A stretch of DNA of 63,862 nucleotides, the filler included, from Lama guanicoe (lineage: Eukaryota): NCBI GenBank assembly GCA_013239625.1. It is 207 parts of 207 records of this genome, joined end to end, with 100 filler letters (N's around TTAATTAATTAA, not from the genome) between each part and the next. Parts side by side here need not be neighbours in the genome. Positions count along the whole stretch, not along the records: positions 45,114 to 45,322 come from PNXV01035553.1; positions 45,423 to 45,631 come from PNXV01035554.1; positions 45,732 to 45,940 come from PNXV01035555.1; positions 46,041 to 46,249 come from PNXV01035556.1; positions 46,350 to 46,558 come from PNXV01035557.1; positions 46,659 to 46,867 come from PNXV01035558.1; positions 46,968 to 47,176 come from PNXV01035559.1; positions 47,277 to 47,485 come from PNXV01035560.1; 199 more parts are not named here. One strand, 5' to 3'. Shown here in pieces: positions 45,014-56,755 of the stretch (positions are counted from its first letter, which is position 1; the number at the start of each line of letters is the position of its first letter). Both the position numbers and the translations under genes were made by a program. Below the pieces are notes generated by a model. It was not told the origin of the DNA. It saw only the letters and a list, made by a program, of their open reading frames with translations, and did not search any database.

Positions 45014-46967
45014 NNNNNNNNNNNNNNNNNNNNNNNNNNNNNNNNNNNNNNNNNNNNTTAATTAATTAANNNNNNNNNNNNNNNNNNNNNNNNNNNNNNN
45101 NNNNNNNNNNNNNCCATTTTACCTTGCTTGCTTTAGTTGTCTGTCCTTGAACCTTCTCCAGCTTTGCCTTTAGGAAACATGTGACTAGAACCGCACCTGT
45201 TACCCTGGGGCCAGGAAGCACCAGGATTTTTACACAGATAGGTGATGCTTTCTGATTTATTCCAATTACCTCTTTTGATGAGGGCTAGCATTTTGTTGAT
45301 GTTTTGGAGGCTGTCATATTTCNNNNNNNNNNNNNNNNNNNNNNNNNNNNNNNNNNNNNNNNNNNNTTAATTAATTAANNNNNNNNNNNNNNNNNNNNNN
45401 NNNNNNNNNNNNNNNNNNNNNNTTCATGCCTGCTACCTGCCTTCTCCATTCCAACCCATTTTCACCACAATCCTTGGCTGGTGCACGCCACGGGGACCTG
45501 ACTGTAGGTGCCCCAGTAGGAAATGACCGGGATCTCATGTCACGTGGTGCACAGGGAGGACACTCGCCTGCGTCTGCTGTCAGGACTGGCCACTTGTCCT
45601 TGATTCTGCTCCCTGGGAACTGTGGCTCCTGNNNNNNNNNNNNNNNNNNNNNNNNNNNNNNNNNNNNNNNNNNNNTTAATTAATTAANNNNNNNNNNNNN
45701 NNNNNNNNNNNNNNNNNNNNNNNNNNNNNNNACTTCCCAAAAAGAAGAAGAAAAAACACGGGAAATGGAAAGACAAGCACGTTAAACAGGTGGCCAGACG
45801 AAATGGTTTGAGCTCCAGGAACAGTCATGTCTTGTCTCCCCATGAGGGCTAATAAAACCTCGCAGACGTGGCTGTCATCTACCTGAGCCCGGGCAGGTCC
45901 AGGTAGACCTGCCCTGCCTCCCCCGGGCTCAGAGAACAGCNNNNNNNNNNNNNNNNNNNNNNNNNNNNNNNNNNNNNNNNNNNNTTAATTAATTAANNNN
46001 NNNNNNNNNNNNNNNNNNNNNNNNNNNNNNNNNNNNNNNNATCCTTATCTAAATTACCTTGAAATAAATTCTTGTGTGGCCTTAACCACGGTCTTTCAGA
46101 TGTAACACAGTCCACCTTTAGTACCTAGACTTTGTTAACACGTAAGGCAAAGTGCAGCATTTTGCCTTTTACACTGCATCTCAAATATTTCTCTGTTTTC
46201 TCTCTCTTTTTCTAAGTGTGAAAAACCGTCTTTGAAAGTCACCAGAGGGNNNNNNNNNNNNNNNNNNNNNNNNNNNNNNNNNNNNNNNNNNNNTTAATTA
46301 ATTAANNNNNNNNNNNNNNNNNNNNNNNNNNNNNNNNNNNNNNNNNNNNGGACCAGGTGGTGATGGCGGGTGCGAGGCAAGTTCTCTTCACCAGCAGAAG
46401 GACGGTGTGGCCGGATCAGCAGATGCTGCCCTGCGGGACGAGATGGGGCTGGAGCCCCTGCCCGTTCACACCGGCTCGCGGTCCTTAACCTCAGAAGCTT
46501 CTCATTCTTTCTCAGCTGTACGTGTTTCTACATCGTTTTAAGGAAGAATAAATGGAGANNNNNNNNNNNNNNNNNNNNNNNNNNNNNNNNNNNNNNNNNN
46601 NNTTAATTAATTAANNNNNNNNNNNNNNNNNNNNNNNNNNNNNNNNNNNNNNNNNNNNGAACACTAACATTTCTTTTTATGCAGTAGCCCATACAGAAAA
46701 GTTATATTCATACAGAATGCTAAACAACTCTATCCTGTAGAATATCACACTCCTCAAAAGCCAGGCTATGTATCTTAAATATACCCTCTGGCCAGTGACA
46801 TCCATTTCAAAAGGAAATCACCAACTCCTGACCCAACTCCTCTTGGAGAGTATCTTAGGTAATGGTGNNNNNNNNNNNNNNNNNNNNNNNNNNNNNNNNN
46901 NNNNNNNNNNNTTAATTAATTAANNNNNNNNNNNNNNNNNNNNNNNNNNNNNNNNNNNNNNNNNNNN

Positions 46968-47176
46968 ATCATTATAAAATGCCCTTCTTTATCTTTCTTT
47001 ATGGTCTTTGTTTTAAGACTCTTTTGTCAGATATCATTACTGCAACACCTGCCTCTTTGGCTTTTCTATTTATATTGAATGTATTTTCCATTCTTTCTCT
47101 CTCAATCTATATGTGTCCTTCTCCCCGAAGTGGGTCTCTTGTATGCAGCATGTTGAAGGTTCTTGCTTTATTATCC
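46968..47176 (-). mobile_element. L1 ORF2 endonuclease fragment
   Basis: gaagtgggtctcttgtatgcagcat is the reverse complement of the CC-x-QETH motif region. Confidence 0.85.
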
Positions 47177-47585
47177 NNNNNNNNNNNNNNNNNNNNNNNN
47201 NNNNNNNNNNNNNNNNNNNNTTAATTAATTAANNNNNNNNNNNNNNNNNNNNNNNNNNNNNNNNNNNNNNNNNNNNTTGGAGTCAGATGCAGCCAATTTT
47301 CTCCCAGTTGTGTTTTGTTTTGTTTGTTTTTTCATCTTGCCTGAATGATGTAAGCTTTCAATCAGCTACATAATAGTGGTTTTTCTGTAGGATAGGTGAG
47401 CTTATGTAATTTGCGTTATGGGAAATTGTATATATTCATTTTGATACCTCAGTTGGCCCTGTGCACTGGACGCTCCCTGCAGGAANNNNNNNNNNNNNNN
47501 NNNNNNNNNNNNNNNNNNNNNNNNNNNNNTTAATTAATTAANNNNNNNNNNNNNNNNNNNNNNNNNNNNNNNNNNNNNNNNNNNN

Positions 47586-47615
47586 CAAACCAGTATTATT
47601 CAAGGGTCAACTGTC
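47586..47615 (+). mobile_element. Tigger1-like terminal inverted repeat remnant
   Basis: caaaccagtattattcaagggtcaactgt. Confidence 0.5.
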
Positions 47616-48203
47616 ATTACTCTGAATCCATTATCAATTTGTTTCATATTAATTTCTCCCAGAAGGAACTACCAAAAGGAGACCAAGGGGAGAAAATTCT
47701 GTGATTATATTTGTTTCCTTGGCTTATTCTTTCAATACATCAACATCTTTATAACCAATTCCCTGTATTAATTTTTCTTCTTAAGGGAAAAAAANNNNNN
47801 NNNNNNNNNNNNNNNNNNNNNNNNNNNNNNNNNNNNNNTTAATTAATTAANNNNNNNNNNNNNNNNNNNNNNNNNNNNNNNNNNNNNNNNNNNNTACCAG
47901 ATCCCCCATGTTACTGTACCATGAACAAGACGGGGCAGCCAGAACGTTGCTGATTTGATAGGTTTATCATAGAGATATTGTTGGTGCCATGTACATTGCA
48001 CTGATTATTATTAAGAATGATTTGAAAACACCTTATTATCCGTTCTTATTTTGTGATGGGATTAGCTATCTGTATTGTTGTCCATTTACTGACAGCATCT
48101 CTTNNNNNNNNNNNNNNNNNNNNNNNNNNNNNNNNNNNNNNNNNNNNTTAATTAATTAANNNNNNNNNNNNNNNNNNNNNNNNNNNNNNNNNNNNNNNNN
48201 NNN

Positions 48204-48412
48204 GCTGAATAGTATTTCATTATATAAATATACCACAGCTTCTTTATCCAGTTATCTTTTGATGGACATTTTAAGTTGGTTATAGTAAATAGTGCTGCTA
48301 TGAACACTGGGGTGCATGTGTCTTTTTGAGTTCCCTCCAGATGTATGCCCAGGAGTGGGATTACTGGATCATATGTTAGGTCTGTTTTTAGTTTTTTAAG
48401 GAATCTCCATAC
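48204..48412 (-). mobile_element. L1 ORF2 3' fragment
   Basis: gctgaatagtatttcatt...gtgctgctatgaacactggggtgcatgtgtc...aggagtgggattactggatcatatg. Confidence 0.9.
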
Positions 48413-49439
48413 NNNNNNNNNNNNNNNNNNNNNNNNNNNNNNNNNNNNNNNNNNNNTTAATTAATTAANNNNNNNNNNNNNNNNNNNNNNNNNNNNNNNN
48501 NNNNNNNNNNNNTTAAAACATCCAAAACCTTAGTGATAAAGAAGATAAATGCCCTGTAAAGGTGAATTGACTGAATTTAGCAAGTCAAATGCGCACAGCC
48601 ATTTTTCCTACACACGCACTAAAAACATGCACACAGTTGTGTATATTTATTTATATATGCATGTGGGTATTGATTTATATTTGTACATGTTGGATTGATT
48701 TTTCCTATAAATATATGGAGGNNNNNNNNNNNNNNNNNNNNNNNNNNNNNNNNNNNNNNNNNNNNTTAATTAATTAANNNNNNNNNNNNNNNNNNNNNNN
48801 NNNNNNNNNNNNNNNNNNNNNTCGGCAGGAAGCCAAAAGCAGGCACAACTGCTGTCAGTCCAGAGGCAGCAGAGGGGGAGAACTGGGAGGCAAAGAAAAG
48901 AAGTGGGGGGAGAACAAGAGGCAAACGGGGCGGCAGGTTCAAACGCAAATGTGCCAATTGCTGCACTAAACACAAAAAGAACACGTACTTCAATCAAAGT
49001 CAACAATTTTCAGTCTGGATTTATAAACAGNNNNNNNNNNNNNNNNNNNNNNNNNNNNNNNNNNNNNNNNNNNNTTAATTAATTAANNNNNNNNNNNNNN
49101 NNNNNNNNNNNNNNNNNNNNNNNNNNNNNNCACGGTCCCCACGAAGCGAGCGCAGCAGCCTCAGGTGCACCATTGCTGCGCTAAATAGAACCGCACGTGC
49201 TCGTGGCTGTTTTCCACAATGCGCATCGGTGCACACTGCTGGAGCTGCCCTGGGTGGTTTGGCAAAGACCTGAGAGGAACGCAGGCCAAGTACATCGGTC
49301 CGCTTTGGTCTGGCTTGACTCTGGGACCCAGCTTGGAATNNNNNNNNNNNNNNNNNNNNNNNNNNNNNNNNNNNNNNNNNNNNTTAATTAATTAANNNNN
49401 NNNNNNNNNNNNNNNNNNNNNNNNNNNNNNNNNNNNNNN

Positions 49440-49648
49440 ACTCCTGATTGCTAAGTTGAATCACTGAATACCCTCTTGCTTTTTTATTGCTAATTCTAGA
49501 CTCTTGTGACATTCTAGAATGCATAATGAATTTAGTAAGCCAAAGGACACAACGTAATTGTGGTTTGGGGGCTTTAGATGAACACACAACCACATTTAGG
49601 TATATGTGTGTGCATGTGCACAAGTGTATGTGTATGTATACATATGTG
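49440..49648. repeat. Unidentified sequence, copy A of near-identical pair (partner 54384-54592)
   Basis: 9 substitutions in 209 bp, same end points. Confidence 0.9.
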
Positions 49649-49748
49649 NNNNNNNNNNNNNNNNNNNNNNNNNNNNNNNNNNNNNNNNNNNNTTAATTAA
49701 TTAANNNNNNNNNNNNNNNNNNNNNNNNNNNNNNNNNNNNNNNNNNNN

Positions 49749-49943
49749 ACATGGAGAACAAGTGAGATCTGGTTTCTCTTCCTCTTCTAATAAGAATATT
49801 ATTCCCATGGGATTAGTGCTCCACCCTTATGGCCTCATTTAACCTTAATTACTTCCTTAAAGGCTCTATCTCCAAATTTAGCCACATCAGGGTTAGGACT
49901 TCAATATCTGCATTGGGGAAGGGACATAGTCCAGTCTACACCA
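49749..49943 (-). mobile_element. MaLR LTR (MLT1A-like) 5' part
   Basis: ccacccttatggcctcatttaaccttaattacttccttaaaggctctatctccaaat...gggttaggacttcaa. Confidence 0.85.
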
Positions 49944-52220
49944 GGCTCCTTGTAATTNNNNNNNNNNNNNNNNNNNNNNNNNNNNNNNNNNNNNNNNNNN
50001 NTTAATTAATTAANNNNNNNNNNNNNNNNNNNNNNNNNNNNNNNNNNNNNNNNNNNNCTCTTACTGGTCTTCCAGTGACAAATCATTTGTCTCCAGCATC
50101 CAGAGTAGCCCCCTCGTGCTGGCTGGGGTGGACAAGGAGGAGACAAGACCAGCCCGTGGGACCCAGGGCACCCGGTCCTCCTCTGGCCAGTCCCATCATG
50201 TCCCATGAGCCTGGCCAAGGCTTTGCTGCTGAGCCCTGGGCTCTGAGACCTTCACAAAGCAGAATCNNNNNNNNNNNNNNNNNNNNNNNNNNNNNNNNNN
50301 NNNNNNNNNNTTAATTAATTAANNNNNNNNNNNNNNNNNNNNNNNNNNNNNNNNNNNNNNNNNNNNACGGATAAAACTCATCACACAGCGGCCTCCCCCC
50401 CAGCGGGGGACAGAGGTCTGCAGTGACATTCCGGTGGCGAGGAGGCGGGGCAGGGCCTTCTGAGGTGTGGGGCCCAGGGAGGCGCACGGCCTTTCTGTTT
50501 GCTCCCCACTAAGGCTAATGTCCGGACCCCTGGTTTTGGTGACCTCGTCTCACAGCTGGACCATTTAAAAGCTGTNNNNNNNNNNNNNNNNNNNNNNNNN
50601 NNNNNNNNNNNNNNNNNNNTTAATTAATTAANNNNNNNNNNNNNNNNNNNNNNNNNNNNNNNNNNNNNNNNNNNNCAGGCCCTGCTTGGTTTCAGTGCTC
50701 CTATAACCCTGTCGCAGGCACCCCTGTCCTCTGAATAGGTAAGATGCTCTTTGGTATCAGAGGCAAATTGGCAAAAGGACTTTAAGCTCCACTCTGAACA
50801 GAGCAAAATGGGACAAGGAGCCAGAGAATGAGAGAGCATTTTGTATTTTTTAACTTGAAGTTCGTTAACATTTTCAAGATCACANNNNNNNNNNNNNNNN
50901 NNNNNNNNNNNNNNNNNNNNNNNNNNNNTTAATTAATTAANNNNNNNNNNNNNNNNNNNNNNNNNNNNNNNNNNNNNNNNNNNNGCACATGTGCACGGGC
51001 GCTGCCGTGTGGGGCAGATGGGCTGGGGCAGCCGCGGGCAGGGCTGGCAGCACCCAGGCAGGACCAAGCAGTGGTGCTGGTGGCCCCTGGTCGCCCTGAG
51101 GAGCGCAAGGACTGGGCGGGTGTTACCTGCTGCTTTGGGCAGACGACGTGGTCACGACCCCCTCCTCACCCCGTGGACAGGGCGGGGAAGCCTNNNNNNN
51201 NNNNNNNNNNNNNNNNNNNNNNNNNNNNNNNNNNNNNTTAATTAATTAANNNNNNNNNNNNNNNNNNNNNNNNNNNNNNNNNNNNNNNNNNNNTGAGTCC
51301 TGCTATGGCAGAACTCCCCCCATTACAGGAATACCTCAGGGTAGGGGGTGGCCGTGAGAGTCAGGAGCACAAACTTCAGCATGGTGGGAGGGGCCTCGAG
51401 CTCCAGAAGGGGCTCCTGCTGGCGGACAGCCAACAAGACCCACCCTGAGACCCGCAACCCCACCCTGACGTGGTACCTGTATTGCCTTCCTATACACCCT
51501 CCNNNNNNNNNNNNNNNNNNNNNNNNNNNNNNNNNNNNNNNNNNNNTTAATTAATTAANNNNNNNNNNNNNNNNNNNNNNNNNNNNNNNNNNNNNNNNNN
51601 NNAGTAGAACTGTCAAAAGATTTGGATTAAAAGAATGGAATAAGCGATTTTGTAGTACTTAAAAATACGAGCTTGTTTTCTTTAAGATACGAAATTCGTT
51701 GCTCAGAGCTTTAAAAAAAAAAACCCTACTTCTTTTCAAAAGAGTTTTCAGTGTCTTGATATAGGGAAACATAGCAAGACTCAGTTTCCATGTTCTTCTG
51801 ACAATCCTTGTNNNNNNNNNNNNNNNNNNNNNNNNNNNNNNNNNNNNNNNNNNNNTTAATTAATTAANNNNNNNNNNNNNNNNNNNNNNNNNNNNNNNNN
51901 NNNNNNNNNNNTCCAGAATAGTGGAGGTTAGGACGTGAAGATTGTCACTTGTCTCCTTGTCTCACACAGCACAGGAGTCCCGAGTCCTGACACCGCCCGC
52001 TTCGGACCATGACCTCCGCCTACCCTGCTGTTCCGGGAGGACGGCGTCGGGGTGGCGCGTGTGCGGAGCTCAGCCGTCCACGTGGAGGCTCCAGACGCGG
52101 GAGGAAGCTCAGTCCCTGGCNNNNNNNNNNNNNNNNNNNNNNNNNNNNNNNNNNNNNNNNNNNNTTAATTAATTAANNNNNNNNNNNNNNNNNNNNNNNN
52201 NNNNNNNNNNNNNNNNNNNN

Positions 52221-52318
52221 TTTTATTAATATAGTTTCTCTCCCTTTTTTTCTTGATGAATCTGACTAAAGGTTTATCAGTTTTGTTTAACTTTTCAAAG
52301 AACCAGCTTTTAGTTCTT
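52221..52318 (-). mobile_element. L1 ORF2 fragment
   Basis: TKSWFFEKLNKTDKPLVRFIKKKRE. Confidence 0.88.
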
Positions 52319-52319
52319 G

Positions 52320-52405
52320 AGTCTTTTGGGACTTGATTGTTTTCAGTTTGAAATAATCCATATGCCAAAGAGACATTTTGGGATTGCAAGTTTTGCTCCC
52401 TTACA
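52320..52405 (-). mobile_element. ERV1 LTR 5' end (MER34/MER31-like)
   Basis: Minus strand tgtaagggagcaaaacttgcaatcccaaaatgtctctttggcatatggattatttcaaactgaaa. Confidence 0.65.
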
Positions 52406-52529
52406 CATTCAAGAAGTATTTAGTATGTGNNNNNNNNNNNNNNNNNNNNNNNNNNNNNNNNNNNNNNNNNNNNTTAATTAATTAANNNNNNNNNNNNNNN
52501 NNNNNNNNNNNNNNNNNNNNNNNNNNNNN

Positions 52530-52738
52530 ACTACGCAGACACGATTGATTAAATCATTTGTCATTGGTAATTGACTCAACCTCCAGCCCCTCTCCTGTCC
52601 CTGGAAATCAGGGGGTGAGATGGAAAGTCCGAAGCTCTAACCACATGGTTGGCTTCCCTGGCGTCCAGCCCCCACCCTTAGGTTACAGAGGGCTTTCCGA
52701 AGTCACCTCATTACCTTAACAAGAGACCTTGAGGGCTC
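52530..52738 (-). mobile_element. ERVL LTR (MER21/MER77-like)
   Basis: gattgattaaatcatt...tcaacctccagcccctctcc...gaaagtcc...ctctaaccacatggttgg...agtcacctcatta. Confidence 0.75.
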
Positions 52739-52838
52739 NNNNNNNNNNNNNNNNNNNNNNNNNNNNNNNNNNNNNNNNNNNNTTAATTAATTAANNNNNN
52801 NNNNNNNNNNNNNNNNNNNNNNNNNNNNNNNNNNNNNN

Positions 52839-52998
52839 GAATTTTGTAAGCCAGGAACTGTTGGTAGCTCAAAACTGACAGGAGTAGGAGTATTTATATT
52901 ATGGAAGTTGGCAAATATCACAAATTAATCAGAGTTGGGTTTGGTTTTTGTTTAATGTTTGCCTGTTTTTGAGAACCAGTTTACCAGCACACCACTGA
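52839..52998. mobile_element. MER63-like hAT-Blackjack DNA transposon end
   Basis: gttggtagctcaaaactg...gagtatttatattatggaagttggcaaa...ccagtttaccagcacaccactg. Confidence 0.7.
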
Positions 52999-53765
52999 CC
53001 CTGAGGTACAGGACATAATGACCTCACGGTGGTGAGTGGTCACTAACNNNNNNNNNNNNNNNNNNNNNNNNNNNNNNNNNNNNNNNNNNNNTTAATTAAT
53101 TAANNNNNNNNNNNNNNNNNNNNNNNNNNNNNNNNNNNNNNNNNNNNAGATCTGAGTGAAAGAGGACAGGGGAGGTGTCTCTGAAGAACCAGGGAAATGC
53201 TCCCCGGGGAAGAAGGCAGCTTTAACTCTTCCAGCCCCATGACAGTCCCAAGCCAGCTGACTGTTGCCCTCAAGCAAAAGCCCTCCCTCTCCTCCTCCTG
53301 ACCCCTTACTGCATTTGCTCCCAGCTGCACCAAACATCAATGGGTCAGAAGCTGCANNNNNNNNNNNNNNNNNNNNNNNNNNNNNNNNNNNNNNNNNNNN
53401 TTAATTAATTAANNNNNNNNNNNNNNNNNNNNNNNNNNNNNNNNNNNNNNNNNNNNCACCCCCAGTGTTCTAAAATTTCACGTTGATGTACCCTGAGAGG
53501 GGCCCGTTTTTCATCTGTTTTGCCAAGCACACAGGGGCCTCTTTCGCTCTGGTGAGCCGTGTCCTTCATGTGAGAAACATGCGTGGATTATTTAATGTAC
53601 GGTTTTCTCCCTTCAATTTTTATTACTCGTTCTTTCTGGTGCCTCTGCTGCTGGGATGTCTGCTCNNNNNNNNNNNNNNNNNNNNNNNNNNNNNNNNNNN
53701 NNNNNNNNNTTAATTAATTAANNNNNNNNNNNNNNNNNNNNNNNNNNNNNNNNNNNNNNNNNNNN

Positions 53766-53974
53766 ACCTAAGGCGCTAAGGCCTGATGATGTGAATCCCC
53801 TGTTACCTCAACATCGACCATCTGGGAATTGTGCACGAGCTGACGCATACCCTGCAACCCCGCCCCTCTGTCACTTGGCCTTTAAATATGCTTTGCTGAA
53901 ACCCTTCGGGGAGTTCAGGGATTTTGGGGCCCAAGCCACCCATTTTCCTTGCTAGGCCCTGCAAGTAACCTTTC
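53766..53974 (+). mobile_element. ERV1 LTR fragment
   Basis: gaattgtgcacgagctga...cctttaaatatgctttgctgaaacccttcggggagttcagg...ccttgctaggccctgcaa. Confidence 0.7.
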
Positions 53975-54383
53975 NNNNNNNNNNNNNNNNNNNNNNNNNN
54001 NNNNNNNNNNNNNNNNNNTTAATTAATTAANNNNNNNNNNNNNNNNNNNNNNNNNNNNNNNNNNNNNNNNNNNNATCACATTTGCAAATTGCATGGTCCT
54101 TTTTGCATACTTTATAGTCACTCGACAGGATTATACTCACTCAGCTGTTAAGAGCAGGCAGTTTCTTCACTTCTTCGGTAAGAAATCAAAACAACAGCGT
54201 TTTGATGGCGCAGTACAAGTTAAAAGAACTTACTAAGGCTGCAGAGGGCCCGAGACGGGTGGGCCACTCTCTCTTTGTAGGTGNNNNNNNNNNNNNNNNN
54301 NNNNNNNNNNNNNNNNNNNNNNNNNNNTTAATTAATTAANNNNNNNNNNNNNNNNNNNNNNNNNNNNNNNNNNNNNNNNNNNN

Positions 54384-54592
54384 ACTCCTGATTGCTAAGT
54401 TGAATCACTGAATACCCTCTTGCTTTTTTATTCCTAATTCTAGACTCTTGTGACATTCTAGATTGCATAATAAATTTAGTAAGCCAAAGGACACAATGTA
54501 ATTGTGTTTTTGGGGCTTTAGATGAACACGCAACCACATTTATGTATATGTGTATGCATGTGCACAAGTGTATGTGTATGTATACATATGTG
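54384..54592. repeat. Copy B of near-identical pair (partner 49440-49648)
   Basis: Direct comparison. Confidence 0.9.
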
Positions 54593-54692
54593 NNNNNNNN
54601 NNNNNNNNNNNNNNNNNNNNNNNNNNNNNNNNNNNNTTAATTAATTAANNNNNNNNNNNNNNNNNNNNNNNNNNNNNNNNNNNNNNNNNNNN

Positions 54693-54901
54693 GTACAATA
54701 AACAATATATTATAAATTATTATATAACATATAACATATATGTTATAGCATATTTTAATGTAACATATTATAACATAACACTATATTATATATATTATAT
54801 AATAATATAATAATATAACATTATAATATACTATTCTATATTCTATATTATACAATTATAGTACAATATACAATAGAATATATTATATATTATTATATAA
54901 C
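54693..54901. repeat. AT-rich low-complexity (TA/TAA) tract
   Basis: Nearly all A/T with tatat/aataa units. Confidence 0.9.
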
Positions 54902-55928
54902 NNNNNNNNNNNNNNNNNNNNNNNNNNNNNNNNNNNNNNNNNNNNTTAATTAATTAANNNNNNNNNNNNNNNNNNNNNNNNNNNNNNNNNNNNNNNNNNN
55001 NAGAAAAGGGAAGGAGTAACAGATTCTGTTTAAAAAACTGAAGTAATAATCTAAAAGATAATCTATGATCTGAGTCTTTATTTTTCAATACAGTGAAAAA
55101 GAGAGAATTCTAAGTACATAGGGCGTTACATGTATGACTTTATTAAAACTTTAAAGCAAGTAACTTATTGGACATGGTGAGATATTCTTTCCCAGGGAAG
55201 ATTAATATAGNNNNNNNNNNNNNNNNNNNNNNNNNNNNNNNNNNNNNNNNNNNNTTAATTAATTAANNNNNNNNNNNNNNNNNNNNNNNNNNNNNNNNNN
55301 NNNNNNNNNNAAGGCAGCCGAGATAACCACTAATTTTGTTGTTGTTGTTGTTGTTGTTGAATTATCTAAGCTAAGTGTCTTTTTCTGAGAGGAGCAAATT
55401 CCCCTATGGGACTCCTGAATTTGAGGGGAGGGTGGAGAATGTTCTTACTTGGCAGTTGGGTGGGGCAATGAGGTCTAGTTCAAACAGCTTGCTGAGGGCA
55501 CCTGGATTCCTGACCCTGGNNNNNNNNNNNNNNNNNNNNNNNNNNNNNNNNNNNNNNNNNNNNTTAATTAATTAANNNNNNNNNNNNNNNNNNNNNNNNN
55601 NNNNNNNNNNNNNNNNNNNCTGTAGGTACCTGGAATTCTTCTCCCTACCTGGACTTTCCTGTAGCACCAACTTCCCTCTTTCTCCATTTTCCTCCAAAGC
55701 TCCCAAAAATACCTATGTATCTTCCCAGTTTTGAATCTTCCTATGCTGTGCAAACATTCATTTATGAAGTAGAACAGTAACATTACCATACTAATTTAGC
55801 TTACTACTTAGCAAGGGAAGAGTGTTATNNNNNNNNNNNNNNNNNNNNNNNNNNNNNNNNNNNNNNNNNNNNTTAATTAATTAANNNNNNNNNNNNNNNN
55901 NNNNNNNNNNNNNNNNNNNNNNNNNNNN

Positions 55929-56137
55929 ATATGTTTAAAATGAAATGGAAGCTATAAAGAAGATCTGAGTAGAATAGATAAACTCATTGACTGAGATGAG
56001 TAATGATTTAAATGCATCACAATGCTGACTTGATAATGCAGAAGAATGAATTAGTGACTTAGATGACAGGACAATAGAAAGCACCCATTAAGAATATCTA
56101 TAAGAGAAACAATGAGAAACAAATGAAAAAAGCATAA
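55929..56137 (+). mobile_element. L1 ORF1 coiled-coil fragment, decayed
   Basis: gcagaagaatgaattagtgacttagatgacagg (AEE*ISDLDDR). Confidence 0.75.
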
Positions 56138-56546
56138 NNNNNNNNNNNNNNNNNNNNNNNNNNNNNNNNNNNNNNNNNNNNTTAATTAATTAANNNNNNN
56201 NNNNNNNNNNNNNNNNNNNNNNNNNNNNNNNNNNNNNCAAAACCTAAGTTCAAGTTCACAATATTGGCATCATGCCCTCAGTGAGAAAGCAGTCAACAAA
56301 ACCCTGCTCACATGTCTGTGTTCCCACTTTCATTCATATTTTGGCTCTGTGAGTCCTTCCTCTATAGTCAGTTCTTCAATACTTTAAAAAAAATTTAAAA
56401 ATATATTTCATAAAACATTTATAATTGTTTTCAGTAGGATACTTTGNNNNNNNNNNNNNNNNNNNNNNNNNNNNNNNNNNNNNNNNNNNNTTAATTAATT
56501 AANNNNNNNNNNNNNNNNNNNNNNNNNNNNNNNNNNNNNNNNNNNN

Positions 56547-56755
56547 CTCTGGTAGGTAGGGCTGTGTCCATAGTAGCTGAGGACTTAGGTGGTCTCAAGG
56601 CAGCCTGTCTGCTGATGAATGGGGCTATGTGCCCACTTAGTTAGTTGTTTGGCCTGAGGTATCTTAGCACTGGCACCTACAATTTTTTGGTCCAGGGCAG
56701 GGCTGGGTCCTGGGACTAGTAAGTTGGAGGATTCCAGAATGACACCCACCAACAC
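56547..56755 (-). mobile_element. L1 5' region (laurasiatherian type)
   Basis: ctctggtaggtagggctgtgtcc...ggcagcctgtctgctgatgaatggggct...gttgtttggcctgagg. Confidence 0.65.
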
